DNA of 64,000 nucleotides from Candidatus Woesebacteria bacterium GW2011_GWB1_39_10 (GTDB lineage Bacteria; Patescibacteriota; Microgenomatia; UBA8517): NCBI GenBank assembly GCA_000993205.1, contig LBVU01000003.1, positions 161,008 to 225,007 of the forward strand, read 5' to 3'. Shown piece by piece: positions 63,786 to 64,000 of this stretch (position 1 is its first letter; each line of letters starts with the position of its first letter). The notes under the pieces were generated by a model. It saw only the letters and a program-made list of their open reading frames with translations, ran no database searches and was not told where the DNA came from. The position numbers and the translations under genes were made by a program.

Positions 63786-64000
63786 AATGGGTCTATTTGG
63801 AATAAATCATGACAAAAATGAGCGAGTGTTATCATTCGCATTTGGTGGCTATAAATTTAAAGCCGACGACAAATATATCTCGTACCAAAGCGCATATGGG
63901 CGTTCATTTAAAGTCCTAAAATCAGATATTGAAACGGTAAGCTTGGATTCGGGAGGCGCTGGTAAAAACAAGATTAAATTAAACAGCAAAGGCACACTAC
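63786..64000 (+). CDS. hypothetical protein, 3'-truncated by the window end
   Basis: ATG at 63786, open to 64000 (MGLFGINHDKNERVLSFAFGGYKFKADDKY...); preceded by a run of hairpins. Confidence 0.3.

Larger units (their letters stand above)
59555..64000. mobile_element. integrative element at the tRNA-Asn 3' end (left border in window, right border beyond the window)
   Basis: The large serine recombinase gene overlaps the 3' 33 nt of tRNA-Asn; downstream small ORFs are phage/plasmid-like (zinc ribbon, winged-helix DNA binder) with no housekeeping genes up to the window end. Confidence 0.5.

Noticed and set aside
1-64000. CRISPR arrays, rRNA genes and a DGR reverse transcriptase
   Set aside because: No regularly spaced direct repeats with spacers, no rRNA-like conserved stretches and no RT motif (YxDD) ORF were seen. 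The Avd-like 4HB genes therefore cannot be tied to a diversity-generating retroelement within this window.

Overview
This 64-kb window is AT-rich with many small genes and almost no Shine-Dalgarno sequences, which suggests (inference from composition and gene content, not from a search) a reduced-genome bacterium of Candidate Phyla Radiation / Patescibacteria type. It contains the chromosomal origin region in the classic arrangement: rpmH-rnpA-yidD-yidC-jag on the minus strand, then dnaA-dnaN on the plus strand, with DnaA boxes in both intergenic spacers. Housekeeping genes present are a fused tsaC-tsaE plus tsaD, valS, rplY, rnhA, smpB plus tmRNA, comF, dnaG-rpoD, six tRNAs (all four tRNA-Ser isoacceptors, an Arg and an Asn) and several toxin-antitoxin pairs. 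The most interesting part is a large accessory region (about 17.6-41.2 kb). It carries a minimal Gram-positive-type type IV secretion-like locus: a PrgI/VirB3-like gene, a VirB4-like ATPase interrupted by a roughly 580-aa intein with a LAGLIDADG homing endonuclease inserted at the P-loop, and large polytopic membrane proteins, one with a C-terminal HExxH domain. It also has eight paralogous small pilin-like genes, six of them in a tandem array, huge secreted and cytoplasmic hypothetical proteins, and two paralogous AbiEii-like nucleotidyltransferase two-gene modules. Five copies of a four-helix-bundle protein gene (23S-rRNA-IVS-protein / DGR-Avd-like family) are scattered through it; four are bracketed by their own AT-rich inverted or direct repeats and one is frameshifted. 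Other notable items are a DUF4143 AAA+ ATPase cassette with its own promoter inserted at the 3' end of dnaN between perfect 20-bp direct repeats, a sucC-like/sucD-like/short citrate-synthase-like trio resembling citryl-CoA synthetase plus citryl-CoA lyase, a cluster of phosphohydrolases, and a large-serine-recombinase element integrated at tRNA-Asn that runs off the window end. No rRNA, CRISPR array or reverse transcriptase is visible. Coordinates for RNAs and repeats were derived by hand and may be off by 1-2 nt.
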